Source: Nitrospirota bacterium (GTDB lineage: Bacteria > Nitrospirota > Thermodesulfovibrionia > Thermodesulfovibrionales > JdFR-88). From it: 51,614 nucleotides of DNA. Under the pieces are notes generated by a model, which saw nothing but the letters and a program-made list of their open reading frames with translations, ran no database searches and was not told the DNA's origin. Positions 26,548 through 36,267 of the stretch are shown here, piece after piece. Each line of letters begins with the position of its first letter. Within the stretch, counting starts at the first letter, position 1. Location of the stretch: contig JAJYLE010000002.1 in NCBI GenBank assembly GCA_021788025.1, positions 1-51,614 of the forward strand, in the 5' to 3' direction. The position numbers and the translations under genes are program-made.

Positions 26548-27101
26548 TACTTTAAAAGTTGATTTATATCCCCTTGTAAGATTGGGAAAATATCCGGACT
26601 GAACCCGAAAAACCTCTGGGCTATCCGGCCATCCTTGGCAACCAGGAAGCTGGCCGGTATGCTGTCTATCTGATATGTGTTTTCCAGCGCGTCATTACCT
26701 GCCAGGAACACATAGTTTACCTTGTTTTCCAGCCAGAACTTCTTTATCTGCTTGAGAACGTCATTGCCTTCATCCACTGATATGCCAAGGATAACAAACG
26801 GCTTGCCCTTGTACTGCGCGGCAAGCTTCATCAGCTCCGGTATGGATTCCCTGCATGGCGGGCACCATGTGGCCCAGAAATCAACAAGCACCACCTTGCC
26901 CCTCAGCTTGGAAAGCGTGTACGTCTTGCCGTCCACCCCAGGCAACGTGAAATCCGGCGCAATCGCGCCGATTACAGGCCCGCCCATGGCGGACGTGCCA
27001 TCCGCGCCGCCCTGTGATGTCTGCGGCTGGTTTTTATGGCAGCCAGAAATTATTGAAGTAAGCGCCAGCGCCAGAACCGCCAATACAAAAAGCTTCTTCA
27101 A
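26547..27101 (-). CDS. TlpA/ResA-like thiol:disulfide oxidoreductase lipoprotein
   Basis: Lipobox LTSIISGC and thioredoxin-fold motif WATWCPPC. Its stop overlaps the ffh start by 1 nt (TAATG). Confidence 0.85.
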   Translation of the reverse strand: MKKLFVLAVLALALTSIISGCHKNQPQTSQGGADGTSAMGGPVIGAIAPDFTLPGVDGKTYTLSKLRGKVVLVDFWATWCPPCRESIPELMKLAAQYKGKPFVILGISVDEGNDVLKQIKKFWLENKVNYVFLAGNDALENTYQIDSIPASFLVAKDGRIAQRFFGFSPDIFPILQGDINQLLK

Positions 27102-27112
27102 ATCAAAATCCC

Positions 27113-27445
27113 TTATGAAGCCAGCAGGGCGTCCACTTTTGATTTAAGCTGCGGCTTGGGCACGGCGCCGACAACCTGGTCCACCTTCTCACCGTTTTTA
27201 AAGAATATGAGAGTGGGGATGCCCATTATCTTGTACTTGCTTGCGATGTCCGGATTCTCGTCCGTATTGAGCTTCATCACCTTCAGCTTGCCGGCATACT
27301 CCTTGGCAATCTCTTCAACGGTGGGCGCGATTATCCGGCATGGCCCGCACCAGGCGGCCCAGAAGTCTACCATCACCAGGCCATCAGCCTTCAAAATCTC
27401 CTTATCCCAACTGCCTGTGTTTACTTCCGCTGCCGCATCAGACAT
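27113..27445 (-). CDS. trxA: Thioredoxin
   Basis: 110 aa, [11 protein letters not shown]...[11 protein letters not shown]. Confidence 0.92.
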   Translation of the reverse strand: MSDAAAEVNTGSWDKEILKADGLVMVDFWAAWCGPCRIIAPTVEEIAKEYAGKLKVMKLNTDENPDIASKYKIMGIPTLIFFKNGEKVDQVVGAVPKPQLKSKVDALLAS

Positions 27446-27571
27446 TTGAACCTCCTCAAGAACATTGTGAATTTTCTTTAATTATGGGAACAACAACCAT
27501 TATTATAATATAAATTAAAAAACTTGCGCCTTTTTAAAGCAACTTTTTTTAATGCGGAGGAGCCATACATC

Positions 27572-29257
27572 ATGCGATTTAGAGAGACTTTAATACCCAC
27601 GCTCAGGGAAGCCCCGGCCGATGCCGTGGCGGAAAGCCATAAATTACTGCTCCGGGCCGGTTACGTAAGGCAGTTGGCCGCGGGGCTGTATATCTACCTG
27701 CCGCTGGGCTGGAAGGTACTTGGGAAGATAAACAGGATTTTACGGGAGGAGATGGACGCGATAGGGGCGCAGGAGGTGTCCATGCCCATATTGCAGCCAG
27801 CCGAGCCGTGGCAGCAGACGGGCCGGTGGCAGGCCATAAAGGAGGAGATGTTCCGCCTGAAGGACCGCACCGGGCGGGACATGTGCCTTGGCATGACCCA
27901 CGAGGAGATAATGACCTGGCTTGCCGCCAGGGAGATACGCTCTTACAGGCAGCTGCCTCAGATGTGGTACCAGATACAAACAAAATTGCGGGACGAGGCC
28001 CGGCCCAAAAGCGGCATATTGAGGACGCGCGAGTTCCTCATGAAGGACAGCTACAGCTTCGACGCCACCCATGAGGGTCTGCTGCGCAGCTACAAGCTGC
28101 ACGAGGGGGCTTACCACCGCATATTCAGAAGGTGCGGGCTGGAGTTCCGCCAGGTGGAGTCCGACACCGGGATGATGGGCGGCGCTGTCGCGCACGAGTT
28201 CATGGCCCCAAGCCCCGCCGGCGAGGACGAGATTCTGGTGTGCCCTTCCTGCGGCTACACCGCCAATGTGGAGGTGGCAGGCTCTGTGCCGCCTGCGGCG
28301 GAGTTAATTGAAGATGCACCCGGAGAGGTCCATACCCCGGACAAAAGAACTGTTGAAGAGGTTTCATCTTTTCTTAAGAGAAAGCCCTCCGGTTTCATTA
28401 AGAGCATCCTTGTGATTACGGACAAAGGCCCCGTGCTTGCGCTTGTGCGCGGGGACCAGCAGATGCACGAAAAGAAACTCATGAAACTTGCAGGCCCCTT
28501 CAGGCCGGCAACAAAGCCGGAGGTGCAGGAGATTCTTGGCGTGGAGGCCGGGTTCATCGGCCCCGCCGGGCTCAATAAAGAACTGCGGATTATTGCGGAC
28601 CCCGTATTGCAGACCGGTGTTTATGTAACAGGGGCAAACAAAAAGGACTACCACAAAAAAGGCGTGCGCCCCGGAACGGATTTCAGGCCGGAATGGCACG
28701 ATATCCACACGGCATCCGCCGGGGATGGCTGCCCCAAATGCTCCGCTGCTCTTGCAGCCGAAAAGGCCATAGAGATTGGAAACATCTTCCAGCTTGGCAC
28801 AAAGTATTCCGCGCCGCTTGGGGCCAATTACCTGGATGAAAACGGCAAGGAAATACCGCTTGTAATGGGAAGCTACGGTATAGGCCCGGCCAGGATAGCC
28901 GCCGCCCTTGTGGAGCAGAACCATGACAAAAACGGCATAATCTGGCCGGAAAGCGTTGCGCCGTTTGATGTGGAGATAATCCCGCTTGCCTCCGGCAAGG
29001 CCACCGAGGCCGCGGAGGAGTTCTACGCACGTTGCCGCAGCAACGGTATAGACGCCCTGATGGACGACCGCGATGAGCGCCCCGGCGTAAAGTTCAAGGA
29101 CGCGGACCTGATCGGCATCCCAAAACACGTAATCATCGGCGAAAAGGGGCTGAAGGAAGGCGTGTTCGAGTTCAAGGACAGGCTCACCGGCCAGGTGGAA
29201 AAACTGCCGCCCGAAGATGTCTGGGAAAAGGTCAAGTGGAGAAAGCCGATCTCCTGA
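27572..29257 (+). CDS. proS: Proline--tRNA ligase (bacterial type with INS editing domain)
   Basis: MRFRETLIPTLREAPADA...AGYVRQLAAGLY, class II motifs and an inserted editing domain. GGAGG lies 11 nt upstream of ATG 27572. The track ORF opens at 27524. Confidence 0.93.
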   Translation: MRFRETLIPTLREAPADAVAESHKLLLRAGYVRQLAAGLYIYLPLGWKVLGKINRILREEMDAIGAQEVSMPILQPAEPWQQTGRWQAIKEEMFRLKDRTGRDMCLGMTHEEIMTWLAAREIRSYRQLPQMWYQIQTKLRDEARPKSGILRTREFLMKDSYSFDATHEGLLRSYKLHEGAYHRIFRRCGLEFRQVESDTGMMGGAVAHEFMAPSPAGEDEILVCPSCGYTANVEVAGSVPPAAELIEDAPGEVHTPDKRTVEEVSSFLKRKPSGFIKSILVITDKGPVLALVRGDQQMHEKKLMKLAGPFRPATKPEVQEILGVEAGFIGPAGLNKELRIIADPVLQTGVYVTGANKKDYHKKGVRPGTDFRPEWHDIHTASAGDGCPKCSAALAAEKAIEIGNIFQLGTKYSAPLGANYLDENGKEIPLVMGSYGIGPARIAAALVEQNHDKNGIIWPESVAPFDVEIIPLASGKATEAAEEFYARCRSNGIDALMDDRDERPGVKFKDADLIGIPKHVIIGEKGLKEGVFEFKDRLTGQVEKLPPEDVWEKVKWRKPIS

Positions 29258-30567
29258 TCCTTGCGGACTATGTTATAACCGCAACGGACGAATCTCCGGT
29301 TATTCAAAACGGCGCCGTCGCGGTTAAAGGCCCGCTTATACTGGACGCTGGCCCTGCCGCTGATATCACCCGCAGGTATCAGGCTGCAAGGACCATTTCG
29401 CCCGGCGGCAAAAGGGCGCTTATGCCGGGGTTTGTAAACGCGCACACGCACGCGGCCATGGTTTATCTGCGCGGCATCGCGGGCGACCTTCCGCTTAAAG
29501 ACTGGCTGGAAGATCACATCTGGCCGATAGAGTCCAGATGGCTTAGCCCCGAATTTGTCCGGGATGCAACCGGGCTGGCCTGCCTGGAGATGCTGAAGGC
29601 GGGCGTTACCACGTACAGCGACATGTATTTCTATGAAGCCGAGTCCGCCGGGTCCGCCAAAAAACTTGGAATGAGGGCCGTCCTTGGCGCGGGCATCGTG
29701 GATTTTCCCACAAAGACGGGTTCCGGCCCTGATGAATACCTGGCCAAGGCGGAGAACTTCATTAAAAAAATATCGTCCTTTGGCGGGGGGCTTGTTACCC
29801 CGGCGGTAGCCCCCCACTCTCTTTACACATGCAGTCCGGACACGCTTAAAAAGACCCGCAAGCTGGCCGATAAATACGGCGTGTCAATGCATCTGCATCT
29901 CTCCGAAACCCAATGGGAAGTGAAGGAGGTTATGAAGACCTGCGGCCAGAGGCCGGTAAAATTCCTCCACTCAATCGGCTGCCTTACGGAAAACACCACG
30001 GCGGCCCATTGCGTCTGGGTGGATGACGAGGAGATAGAGCTGCTTGCCCAAAGCAAGGCCGGCGTGGCCCACTGCCCCGAAAGCAATCTTAAGCTGGCCT
30101 CCGGTTTTGCCCCGGTTGCAAAGATGCTTCAGGCGGGCGTGCGCGTTTCGCTTGGCACGGACGGCGCGGCAAGCAATAACGATCTGAATGTTATGGGCGA
30201 GATGGGCACCGCCGCCAAATTGCATAAGGCATTATCCGGGGACCCTTCCGCCGTGGACGCCCATACGGCGATAAAGATGGCCACAGCAGGCGGGGCCGCC
30301 GCAATCGGCCTGGGCGGAAAAACCGGCTCAATAAAAAAAGGCCTGGCAGCCGATATGATAATACTGGACATGAACAAACCCCACCTTGCCCCGCTTCACG
30401 ACGTGCTTGCCCATATCGTCTACGCCGCGCTCCCCTCGGACGTGGAATCGGTGTTCGTCAACGGCAAACAGGTAGTAGAAAAAGGAAGGCTGATTACAGC
30501 TTCAGAGGAAGAGATAATGCAAAAGGCGGAAGAATGGGGCAGAAGGATAAGAGAGGAAAGAGAGTAG
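29236..30567 (+). CDS. mtaD: Amidohydrolase of the MTA/SAH deaminase (MtaD) type; possible aminofutalosine deaminase
   Basis: PGFVNAHTHAAM (HxH metal site), HLHLSET, AHCV, GTDGAASNN. GTG start overlaps the proS 3' end by 22 nt. Confidence 0.8.
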   Translation: MEKADLLILADYVITATDESPVIQNGAVAVKGPLILDAGPAADITRRYQAARTISPGGKRALMPGFVNAHTHAAMVYLRGIAGDLPLKDWLEDHIWPIESRWLSPEFVRDATGLACLEMLKAGVTTYSDMYFYEAESAGSAKKLGMRAVLGAGIVDFPTKTGSGPDEYLAKAENFIKKISSFGGGLVTPAVAPHSLYTCSPDTLKKTRKLADKYGVSMHLHLSETQWEVKEVMKTCGQRPVKFLHSIGCLTENTTAAHCVWVDDEEIELLAQSKAGVAHCPESNLKLASGFAPVAKMLQAGVRVSLGTDGAASNNDLNVMGEMGTAAKLHKALSGDPSAVDAHTAIKMATAGGAAAIGLGGKTGSIKKGLAADMIILDMNKPHLAPLHDVLAHIVYAALPSDVESVFVNGKQVVEKGRLITASEEEIMQKAEEWGRRIREERE

Positions 30568-30692
30568 ATGCGGATAACCATGCCTGGCAATGGTTGTAGT
30601 GGCTTTCTTGTCCGGCGCGGCATTCGCCAGCGAGGGGTGGCCGGAGGCCGTGGTGGTTTTAGGGGCGAAGTTTCCTCGCCATCTGCTATATT

Positions 30693-30947
30693 TTAAGCCG
30701 CGTTCTTTTTAATCCCGTTCCCCTCGTACTCCGGAAACATGATAATGGCTGGATGCACACCGAAGGCCTTCGCTATTTGCTCCGCTCGCCTTTTGCCTAT
30801 CTCCACTTTCCCGTTCTCCAAAAGGCTTGTATTTGTGGCGCTGATGCCGCAGCGCTTTGCAAGCTCTGCCTGAGTCCAGCCTTTCAGTTCCCTCCAGGGA
30901 AAAATGCCTCTTGGTGTTTGCGCACCCTTGCCCTCCCCAAAAAACAT
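30693..30947 (-). CDS. XRE-family helix-turn-helix transcriptional regulator
   Basis: LKGWTQAELAKRCGISATNTSLLENGKVEIGKRRAEQIAKAFGV. An SD sequence GGAAAGGA lies upstream. Confidence 0.8.
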   Translation of the reverse strand: MFFGEGKGAQTPRGIFPWRELKGWTQAELAKRCGISATNTSLLENGKVEIGKRRAEQIAKAFGVHPAIIMFPEYEGNGIKKNAA

Positions 30948-30958
30948 GACATCCTTTC

Positions 30959-30972
30959 CATTGACAATGTCA
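30959..30972. promoter_or_regulatory. Overlapping dyads upstream of the XRE gene (candidate operator)
   Basis: CATTG-a-CAATG (30959-30969) overlaps TGACA-a-TGTCA (30962-72), 12-25 nt upstream of the XRE start. The site also contains a plus-strand TTGACA. Confidence 0.3.
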
Positions 30973-31301
30973 TGACCGCCCGCGTTAAGATGGCAAGGTA
31001 TGGGGGGTAACCCGCCCAGGCCTTAGGCCATCCCTCTTGGGTGGGCACAAAGTGGCGTGTGTCCCCCATGCTCTTTGAAAAGACGGACAGGCAAGATTTA
31101 AAAGAAAAAGATAACAACCATAAAGCCTTAAAAAACAGCTAGTTAGCTGATGGAACAGGATTGCGGGCTTTAAATATCTGTTTCTTTTTAAATCAAATAC
31201 TTAGCTGGTGGGGGTTATATGAAACAGATTGAACAAATGGAACAAAAGTTTGGCCCTAACTATTTGAAATTTAATCATAATCCAGAAATGGCTGGAACAT
31301 A

Positions 31302-31336
31302 TAAAAAAAAGAGGGCAGGCTTTTGGGCCTGCCCTC
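31302..31336 (-). terminator. Rho-independent terminator of glnA
   Basis: On the minus strand: GAGGGCAGGC-ccaaaa-GCCTGCCCTC followed by TTTTTTTT, 22 nt after the glnA stop. Confidence 0.85.
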
Positions 31337-31357
31337 TCTCGAAGAACCGCAGCGTTC

Positions 31358-32770
31358 TTAGATGTCGTAGTACAGCATGAACTCGTACGGATGCGGACGA
31401 AGCCTGAGCGCGTCCACTTCGTTCTTTCTCTTGTAAGCCATCCAGGTTTCCAGAGCGTCTTCGGTGAACACGCCGCCTTCCAGGAGGAACTTGTGGTCTT
31501 TTTCCAGATTGTCCATCGCCTGGTCCAGGCTGCCTGGCATCTGCGGCACCTTCTTCAGTTCGGCCGAGGACATTTCGAATATGTCCTTGTCCAGGCTGTT
31601 GCCGGGGTTGATCTTGTTCTTTATGCCATCAATACCTGCCATCAGCATGGCAGAGAAGGCCAGGTACGGGTTGCAGGACGGATCCGGGAAGCGGACCTCT
31701 ACCCTCTTTGCTTTAGGGTTGTCGGAGTACATCGGTATCCTGACCGCAGCGGAGCGGTTTCTGGCGGAGTAAGCCAGGTTCACAGGGGCCTCATAGCCCG
31801 GCACCAGCCTCTTGTAGGAGTTGGTAGTGGGGTTGGTGATGGCCGCAAGGGCCTGGGCGTGCTTGAGGATGCCGCCGATATAGTGAAGCGCCATCTCGCT
31901 AAGCCCGGCGTATTCCTTGCCGGCAAAGAGGGGCTTGCCGCCCTTCCAGAGGCTCTGGTGAACGTGCATGCCGGAGCCGTTGTCGCCGAAGATGGGCTTG
32001 GGCATAAAGGTTGCCGTTTTACCGTTCTTTACGGCCACGTTCTTGATTATGTACTTGAACAGAAGCAGGTTGTCGGCCATCTTTACAATCGGGCTGAAAC
32101 GCATGTCGATCTCGCCCTGCCCGGCGGTGGCAACCTCGTGATGCTGGGCCTCCACCTGGATGCCGCACTGCTGCATCATGGCAACCATCTCGGCCCTCAG
32201 GTCCTCCTGGCTGTCGGTGGGAGGCACCGGGAAGTAGCCTTCCTTGTACCTGGGCTTGTAGCCAAGGTTCGGGTTCTCTTCCCTGCCGGAGTTCCAGATG
32301 CCTTCCTTGGAGTCCACAAAGAAATAGCCGCTGTGCTGGTTCTGGTCGTACCGGACATCGTCAAATATGAAGAACTCAGCTTCCGGGCCGAAAAACGCGG
32401 TATCGGCAATGCCGGTGGACTTGAGATAAGCTGCGGCCTTTTTAGCAATGAAACGCGGGTCCCTGGTGTAAGGCTCCTTGGTAACCGGGTCTATTATGTC
32501 GCAGATCATGCTCAGTGTGGGATATTTGCGGAACGGGTCCATCATTGCGGTATCCGGGTCCGGAACGATGAGCATGTCCGAAGCGTGAATGGCCTGCCAG
32601 CCCCTTATCGAAGAGCCGTCAAAACCGAGGCCGTTTTCAAACGTCTTCTCATCGATTTCCGATACCGGCACGGAAAAATGCTGCCAGATGCCGGGGAAGT
32701 CGATGAACTTCAGGTCCACAAGCATAGTCTTGTTCTGCTTTGCGAAGGCCAATACTTCCTTTGGCGTCAT
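31358..32770 (-). CDS. glnA: Glutamine synthetase type I
   Basis: 470 aa. [35 protein letters not shown] and RIP...KRVE.R.PD..CNPYLA. A GGAGGAG SD is present. Confidence 0.95.
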   Translation of the reverse strand: MTPKEVLAFAKQNKTMLVDLKFIDFPGIWQHFSVPVSEIDEKTFENGLGFDGSSIRGWQAIHASDMLIVPDPDTAMMDPFRKYPTLSMICDIIDPVTKEPYTRDPRFIAKKAAAYLKSTGIADTAFFGPEAEFFIFDDVRYDQNQHSGYFFVDSKEGIWNSGREENPNLGYKPRYKEGYFPVPPTDSQEDLRAEMVAMMQQCGIQVEAQHHEVATAGQGEIDMRFSPIVKMADNLLLFKYIIKNVAVKNGKTATFMPKPIFGDNGSGMHVHQSLWKGGKPLFAGKEYAGLSEMALHYIGGILKHAQALAAITNPTTNSYKRLVPGYEAPVNLAYSARNRSAAVRIPMYSDNPKAKRVEVRFPDPSCNPYLAFSAMLMAGIDGIKNKINPGNSLDKDIFEMSSAELKKVPQMPGSLDQAMDNLEKDHKFLLEGGVFTEDALETWMAYKRKNEVDALRLRPHPYEFMLYYDI

Positions 32771-32860
32771 AAGAACTCCTCCATTGAAAAATATATTTCA
32801 GCATCCCGCCGAAATGATTTAAGCTTTTTGGGGCAATCGGCAAACCATTGCCGATTGGCT

Positions 32861-32889
32861 AGTATAAAAAAACACCTCTACCCTGTCAA
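32861..32889 (-). promoter_or_regulatory. Sigma70-like promoter for glnA
   Basis: On the minus strand: TTGACA (32889-32884), a 17-nt spacer, then TATACT (32866-32861). The predicted leader begins with a 9-bp stem-loop (32834-32857). Confidence 0.5.
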
Positions 32890-32941
32890 GGCAAAATTTT
32901 TGTCGGATGCCGCTATTTTTGTTAGCTTTTTCAGCCGTTTT

Positions 32942-34402
32942 CTACTTCACTCCGGCGGCAAGGAATTCAATGAGCAGCCGCACTCCTATGCCGGTTGCGC
33001 CCTTTGGGCTGTAGGGGCGGTCCTTGTCCGTCCATGCTGTGCTTGCGATGTCCAGGTGCGCCCAGGACAAGCCGTTTGCGAACTCCTTCAGGAAGTACCC
33101 CGCGGTAACAAGCGAGCCGCTCCGGCCTCCGGAGTTCTTCAGGTCTGCAACGTCGCTTTTTATGTAGTCCTTATACTCGTCAAAAAGCGGCATGTGCCAT
33201 GTGCGCTCGCCAGTTTTCCTGGATGCATCCTGTATCCGGGCAATAAGGCTATCATCGTTTCCCATAAGGGCCACGGCCTCGCCGCCAAGGGCGATATCGC
33301 ATGCGCCGGTAAGCGTGGCGATGTCTATGACGGCAGCGGGCTCATATTTTTTGGCATATCCCAGGGCATCGGCCAGCACAAGCCTGCCCTCGGCATCGGT
33401 ATTTATTATCTCGATGGTCTTGCCGCTGATGGTCCTGGCTATATCCCCGGGCCTGGTTGCCGTGCCGCCCGGCAGGTTCTCGGTGGCAGGCAGAATCCCG
33501 ATCACATGAAGCGGGAGCTTCATGTCCGATATCGCCTTGAACACCCCAAGCACCGCGCCGCCCCCGGCCATGTCGTATTTCATCTTCTCCATGCCCTCGC
33601 TGGGTTTTATGGAGATGCCGCCGCTGTCGAAGGTGATGGATTTTCCTATAAGGACAACCGGCTTTTTATCCATGCCGCCTTTATATTCCAGGATGATGAA
33701 CTTGGGCGGCTCCATGGAGCCTTTGGAAACAGCTATGAAGGCCCCCATGCCAAGCTTTATGGCTTCGTCTTTTTCTATAACCTGCACCGATACTCCGGCG
33801 CCAATGGATTTGGCAGCCTCAGCAAGCGCCGCAGGGGTCATGTCATTTGCGGGCGTGTTTATGAGGTTGCGTGTGAAACCAACCGCATCCGCGATTATCT
33901 CCGCCTTCTTTACAGGGGCGGCAAGTTCTTTTTCTTTCCTGGACAGGACGGCAAGGCTTTCAAGCCCTTTCTTGTCCTCCTCTTTTTTGTAAACGCCAAA
34001 GCGGTACTGGGCAAGAAGCATTCCCTGGATAAAATCCGCCGGGGTGGCATCCAGCCCATCGAATGTCCGGGTGGAAAGCGCCGCGTTTGCAAGCCTGGTA
34101 TTTTTAAGGTAGCTTGCCGCGGCCCCGCCTGCCTGCCGGATGGTCTCCGGAGTGGCTTTGTCACGCGGGCCAAGCCCGGCAAGCAGCACTGCCGATGCCG
34201 CGATTTTCCCGTAGGTGAAAAGTAGCATCGTCTCTTTGTGCTGCGCCTTGAAATCGCCTTTTTTTATGAGGGCCAGCGGAAGCCCGCCAAGGGCTTCGTT
34301 TATATCACCGAACGGGCCGGCTCCGGTTGACTCGAACAGCGGCAGTATGAGAACGTCACCTTGCGTTTTAATCTCTTCAGTGTCTTTTATATTTATTTGC
34401 AT
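32942..34402 (-). CDS. pepA: Leucyl aminopeptidase (M17)
   Basis: VLIGKSITFDSGGISIKP, NTDAEGRLVLADAL, WAHLDIA. Confidence 0.93.
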   Translation of the reverse strand: MQINIKDTEEIKTQGDVLILPLFESTGAGPFGDINEALGGLPLALIKKGDFKAQHKETMLLFTYGKIAASAVLLAGLGPRDKATPETIRQAGGAAASYLKNTRLANAALSTRTFDGLDATPADFIQGMLLAQYRFGVYKKEEDKKGLESLAVLSRKEKELAAPVKKAEIIADAVGFTRNLINTPANDMTPAALAEAAKSIGAGVSVQVIEKDEAIKLGMGAFIAVSKGSMEPPKFIILEYKGGMDKKPVVLIGKSITFDSGGISIKPSEGMEKMKYDMAGGGAVLGVFKAISDMKLPLHVIGILPATENLPGGTATRPGDIARTISGKTIEIINTDAEGRLVLADALGYAKKYEPAAVIDIATLTGACDIALGGEAVALMGNDDSLIARIQDASRKTGERTWHMPLFDEYKDYIKSDVADLKNSGGRSGSLVTAGYFLKEFANGLSWAHLDIASTAWTDKDRPYSPKGATGIGVRLLIEFLAAGVK

Positions 34403-34516
34403 AGAGTCTTCCCTTCTCTTTTGTTATGGGAATAAGAGTAGCACAAATAAGCGGGGTGCGGAATTTCGTGGACTGTGGGCATTGCCTTGCAGCGCTTTTC
34501 CTGTTATATAACTCAT

Positions 34517-35011
34517 ATGAGGGTTCTTGGAAGTATTTCCCTTGCCACCCTGGCTTTAATTCTGCTGGGCTGCGCACCGGCGGTGATTACAAGGCAGGCG
34601 CTTCAGGGCGCGTCGAAAGTCCCTTTCAGGGAAGCAGTAAAGCACCCGGACCGCTATGCCGGCCAGAATTTCGTGTGGGGCGGGACCATCGTAAGGACTT
34701 ACCGCATGGGAAGCGGGTCCGAGGTGGAAATGACCCAGAACCCGGTTGACGGCAGAGGATACATTACAAACCCGGATGTTTCGGATGGCAGGTTCATCGT
34801 GGTCTCAAGAAGCTTTCTGGACCCTGACGTATTCAAACCGGGATTGCTTATGACAGTTGCCGGCCGCCTCACGGGCGGCAGGGCCGCGATGTTCGGTGAT
34901 ACTGAGTATCTGTTCCCGGTTATCCAGGCAACCGAGATACACCTTTTCTCACCAAGGCGCACACCGGTTTTTTATCCGTCTATTTCGGTTGGAGTGGGCG
35001 TGGGTTTTTAA
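34517..35011 (+). CDS. slp: Slp-family outer-membrane lipoprotein
   Basis: Lipobox LILLGC and GQNFVWGGTIV, typical of Slp. Start taken at MRVLGS. Confidence 0.65.
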   Translation: MRVLGSISLATLALILLGCAPAVITRQALQGASKVPFREAVKHPDRYAGQNFVWGGTIVRTYRMGSGSEVEMTQNPVDGRGYITNPDVSDGRFIVVSRSFLDPDVFKPGLLMTVAGRLTGGRAAMFGDTEYLFPVIQATEIHLFSPRRTPVFYPSISVGVGVGF

Positions 35012-35017
35012 ATCCGG

Positions 35018-35389
35018 TTACTGCGCCTGCTTAAGCTCCACTACCTTGGATTCGCCTTCTCCCATAGTGGCGCGTCCATTAAGCTGGCCGCCTTCGTGCA
35101 CCGAGAGCCTGGCCGTCCTGATATCACCCTCTATCCGGCCTTTCCTTTCCAGCTCCAGGCTTTCGGATGCAGAGACATTTCCCTCTATCTTTCCGCCTAT
35201 GATCACTGATTTGGCGGAGATGTTTCCTTTTATGACGCCCTTTTCGCCCAGGATGAGCCAGTCCGTCTCTATATCGCCCTCAAGCACTCCGTCCACCCGG
35301 AGCGTGCCTTTTACCGTAACGTTGCCCTTTAAGGAGCTGTTTGCGCCCAGAAGCGCGTCCATATTGCGTTCGCCTTTGGAAGAGAACAT
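35018..35389 (-). CDS. Bactofilin (polymer-forming cytoskeletal protein, DUF583)
   Basis: Beta-helical repeats: GNVTVKGTLRVDGVLEGDIETD..ILGEKGVIKGNISAKSVIIGGKIEGNV. Confidence 0.85.
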   Translation of the reverse strand: MFSSKGERNMDALLGANSSLKGNVTVKGTLRVDGVLEGDIETDWLILGEKGVIKGNISAKSVIIGGKIEGNVSASESLELERKGRIEGDIRTARLSVHEGGQLNGRATMGEGESKVVELKQAQ

Positions 35390-35398
35390 ATTGCCTCC

Positions 35399-36235
35399 TT
35401 AAGCCTTTCCTAATACATAGGGCAGAGGATTTACAGGTTTATTGTTTAAGTGCACCTCGTAATGCACGTGAGGGCCGGTAGAGTGCCCGGTGGACCCGCT
35501 GTAAGATATTATCTGGCCGCGCTTTACCACCTGGCCAACATGGACTATTATCCTGGTGTTATGGGCATAGAAGGTCTGGTATCCATGCCCGTCGGCTATG
35601 CCCACCAGGTTGCCGTTCCCGCCAACCCAGCCAGCTACTATCACTACGCCGTCCGCCGTGGCATGGACGGGGGTGTCAACATCCGCCTGTATATCCAGGC
35701 CAGTGTGGAATCCCGATTTCCCGCTTATGGGGTCCACCCTGGGCCCGAATGGCGAGGTAACCTCGCCTACAACAGGCCAGCCCCTGGGTGTTGCGTCGTA
35801 AAGGCTCTTTTCATTTGCAAGGTACTGTTTTATCTGGACAACCGTCTGCATCGATTCATCTATCTTGTTTTGCAGCGCGTTAAGGTCTATGTTGCCGGCG
35901 TCTGTGACTTTGTAATTTTTCAGCACGTCATTTTTGGTTTTCAGGCCGAAGAGTTTGCTGAACTCCTCCTGGGATTTTTGAAGCGCCGTAAACGTGCCCT
36001 GCATCTGAATGAACTGACCGGTGTAGTAATCCAGCTTGCTCTTCATCTGGCTATACTCTGAAGCGTTTACCGAGACCTTTGTGGTGTATCCGGCAGCGGC
36101 CAGCGCAATGGCAACTGCGAGTATAAGGCCTATGGAGGGGAGTTTGAAGCTGTACGATTTTGAGCAGCCGTGAGGGATAAGCATCACGGTTACCGGGGTG
36201 AACAGTTTTTTTATTAGCGCTTTCGATCTTCTCAT
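35399..36235 (-). CDS. M23-family peptidoglycan metalloendopeptidase, membrane anchored
   Basis: HTGLDIQADVDTPVHATADG and GHSTGPHVHYEV (HxxxD / HxH). An N-terminal TM helix and a coiled coil are present. Confidence 0.85.
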   Translation of the reverse strand: MRRSKALIKKLFTPVTVMLIPHGCSKSYSFKLPSIGLILAVAIALAAAGYTTKVSVNASEYSQMKSKLDYYTGQFIQMQGTFTALQKSQEEFSKLFGLKTKNDVLKNYKVTDAGNIDLNALQNKIDESMQTVVQIKQYLANEKSLYDATPRGWPVVGEVTSPFGPRVDPISGKSGFHTGLDIQADVDTPVHATADGVVIVAGWVGGNGNLVGIADGHGYQTFYAHNTRIIVHVGQVVKRGQIISYSGSTGHSTGPHVHYEVHLNNKPVNPLPYVLGKA

Positions 36236-36267
36236 TAGATCACCTGAGGTACTTGGAAACCGGGGTT

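Noticed and set aside
31131-31146. A sigma54-like TGGAAC-aggaTTGCG on the plus strand.
   Set aside because: The spacer is one nucleotide too short, and no gene lies downstream in that orientation.
31219-31380. A 53-codon plus-strand ORF (MKQIEQMEQKFGPNYLKF...) with a GGTGGGGG SD-like sequence.
   Set aside because: It reads straight through the glnA terminator hairpin and into the glnA 3' end. The second half is clearly non-protein-like. It is kept only as a remote possibility within the noncoding-patch finding.
31391-34225. A 944-aa plus-strand ORF, the longest in the window.
   Set aside because: It is entirely antisense to glnA, the glnA-pepA spacer and pepA, both of which have unmistakable family motifs. 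Its translation is low-complexity (G/R/H/V/L-rich) with no recognisable domain. It is a shadow ORF of the kind common opposite GC-rich third-position-biased genes.
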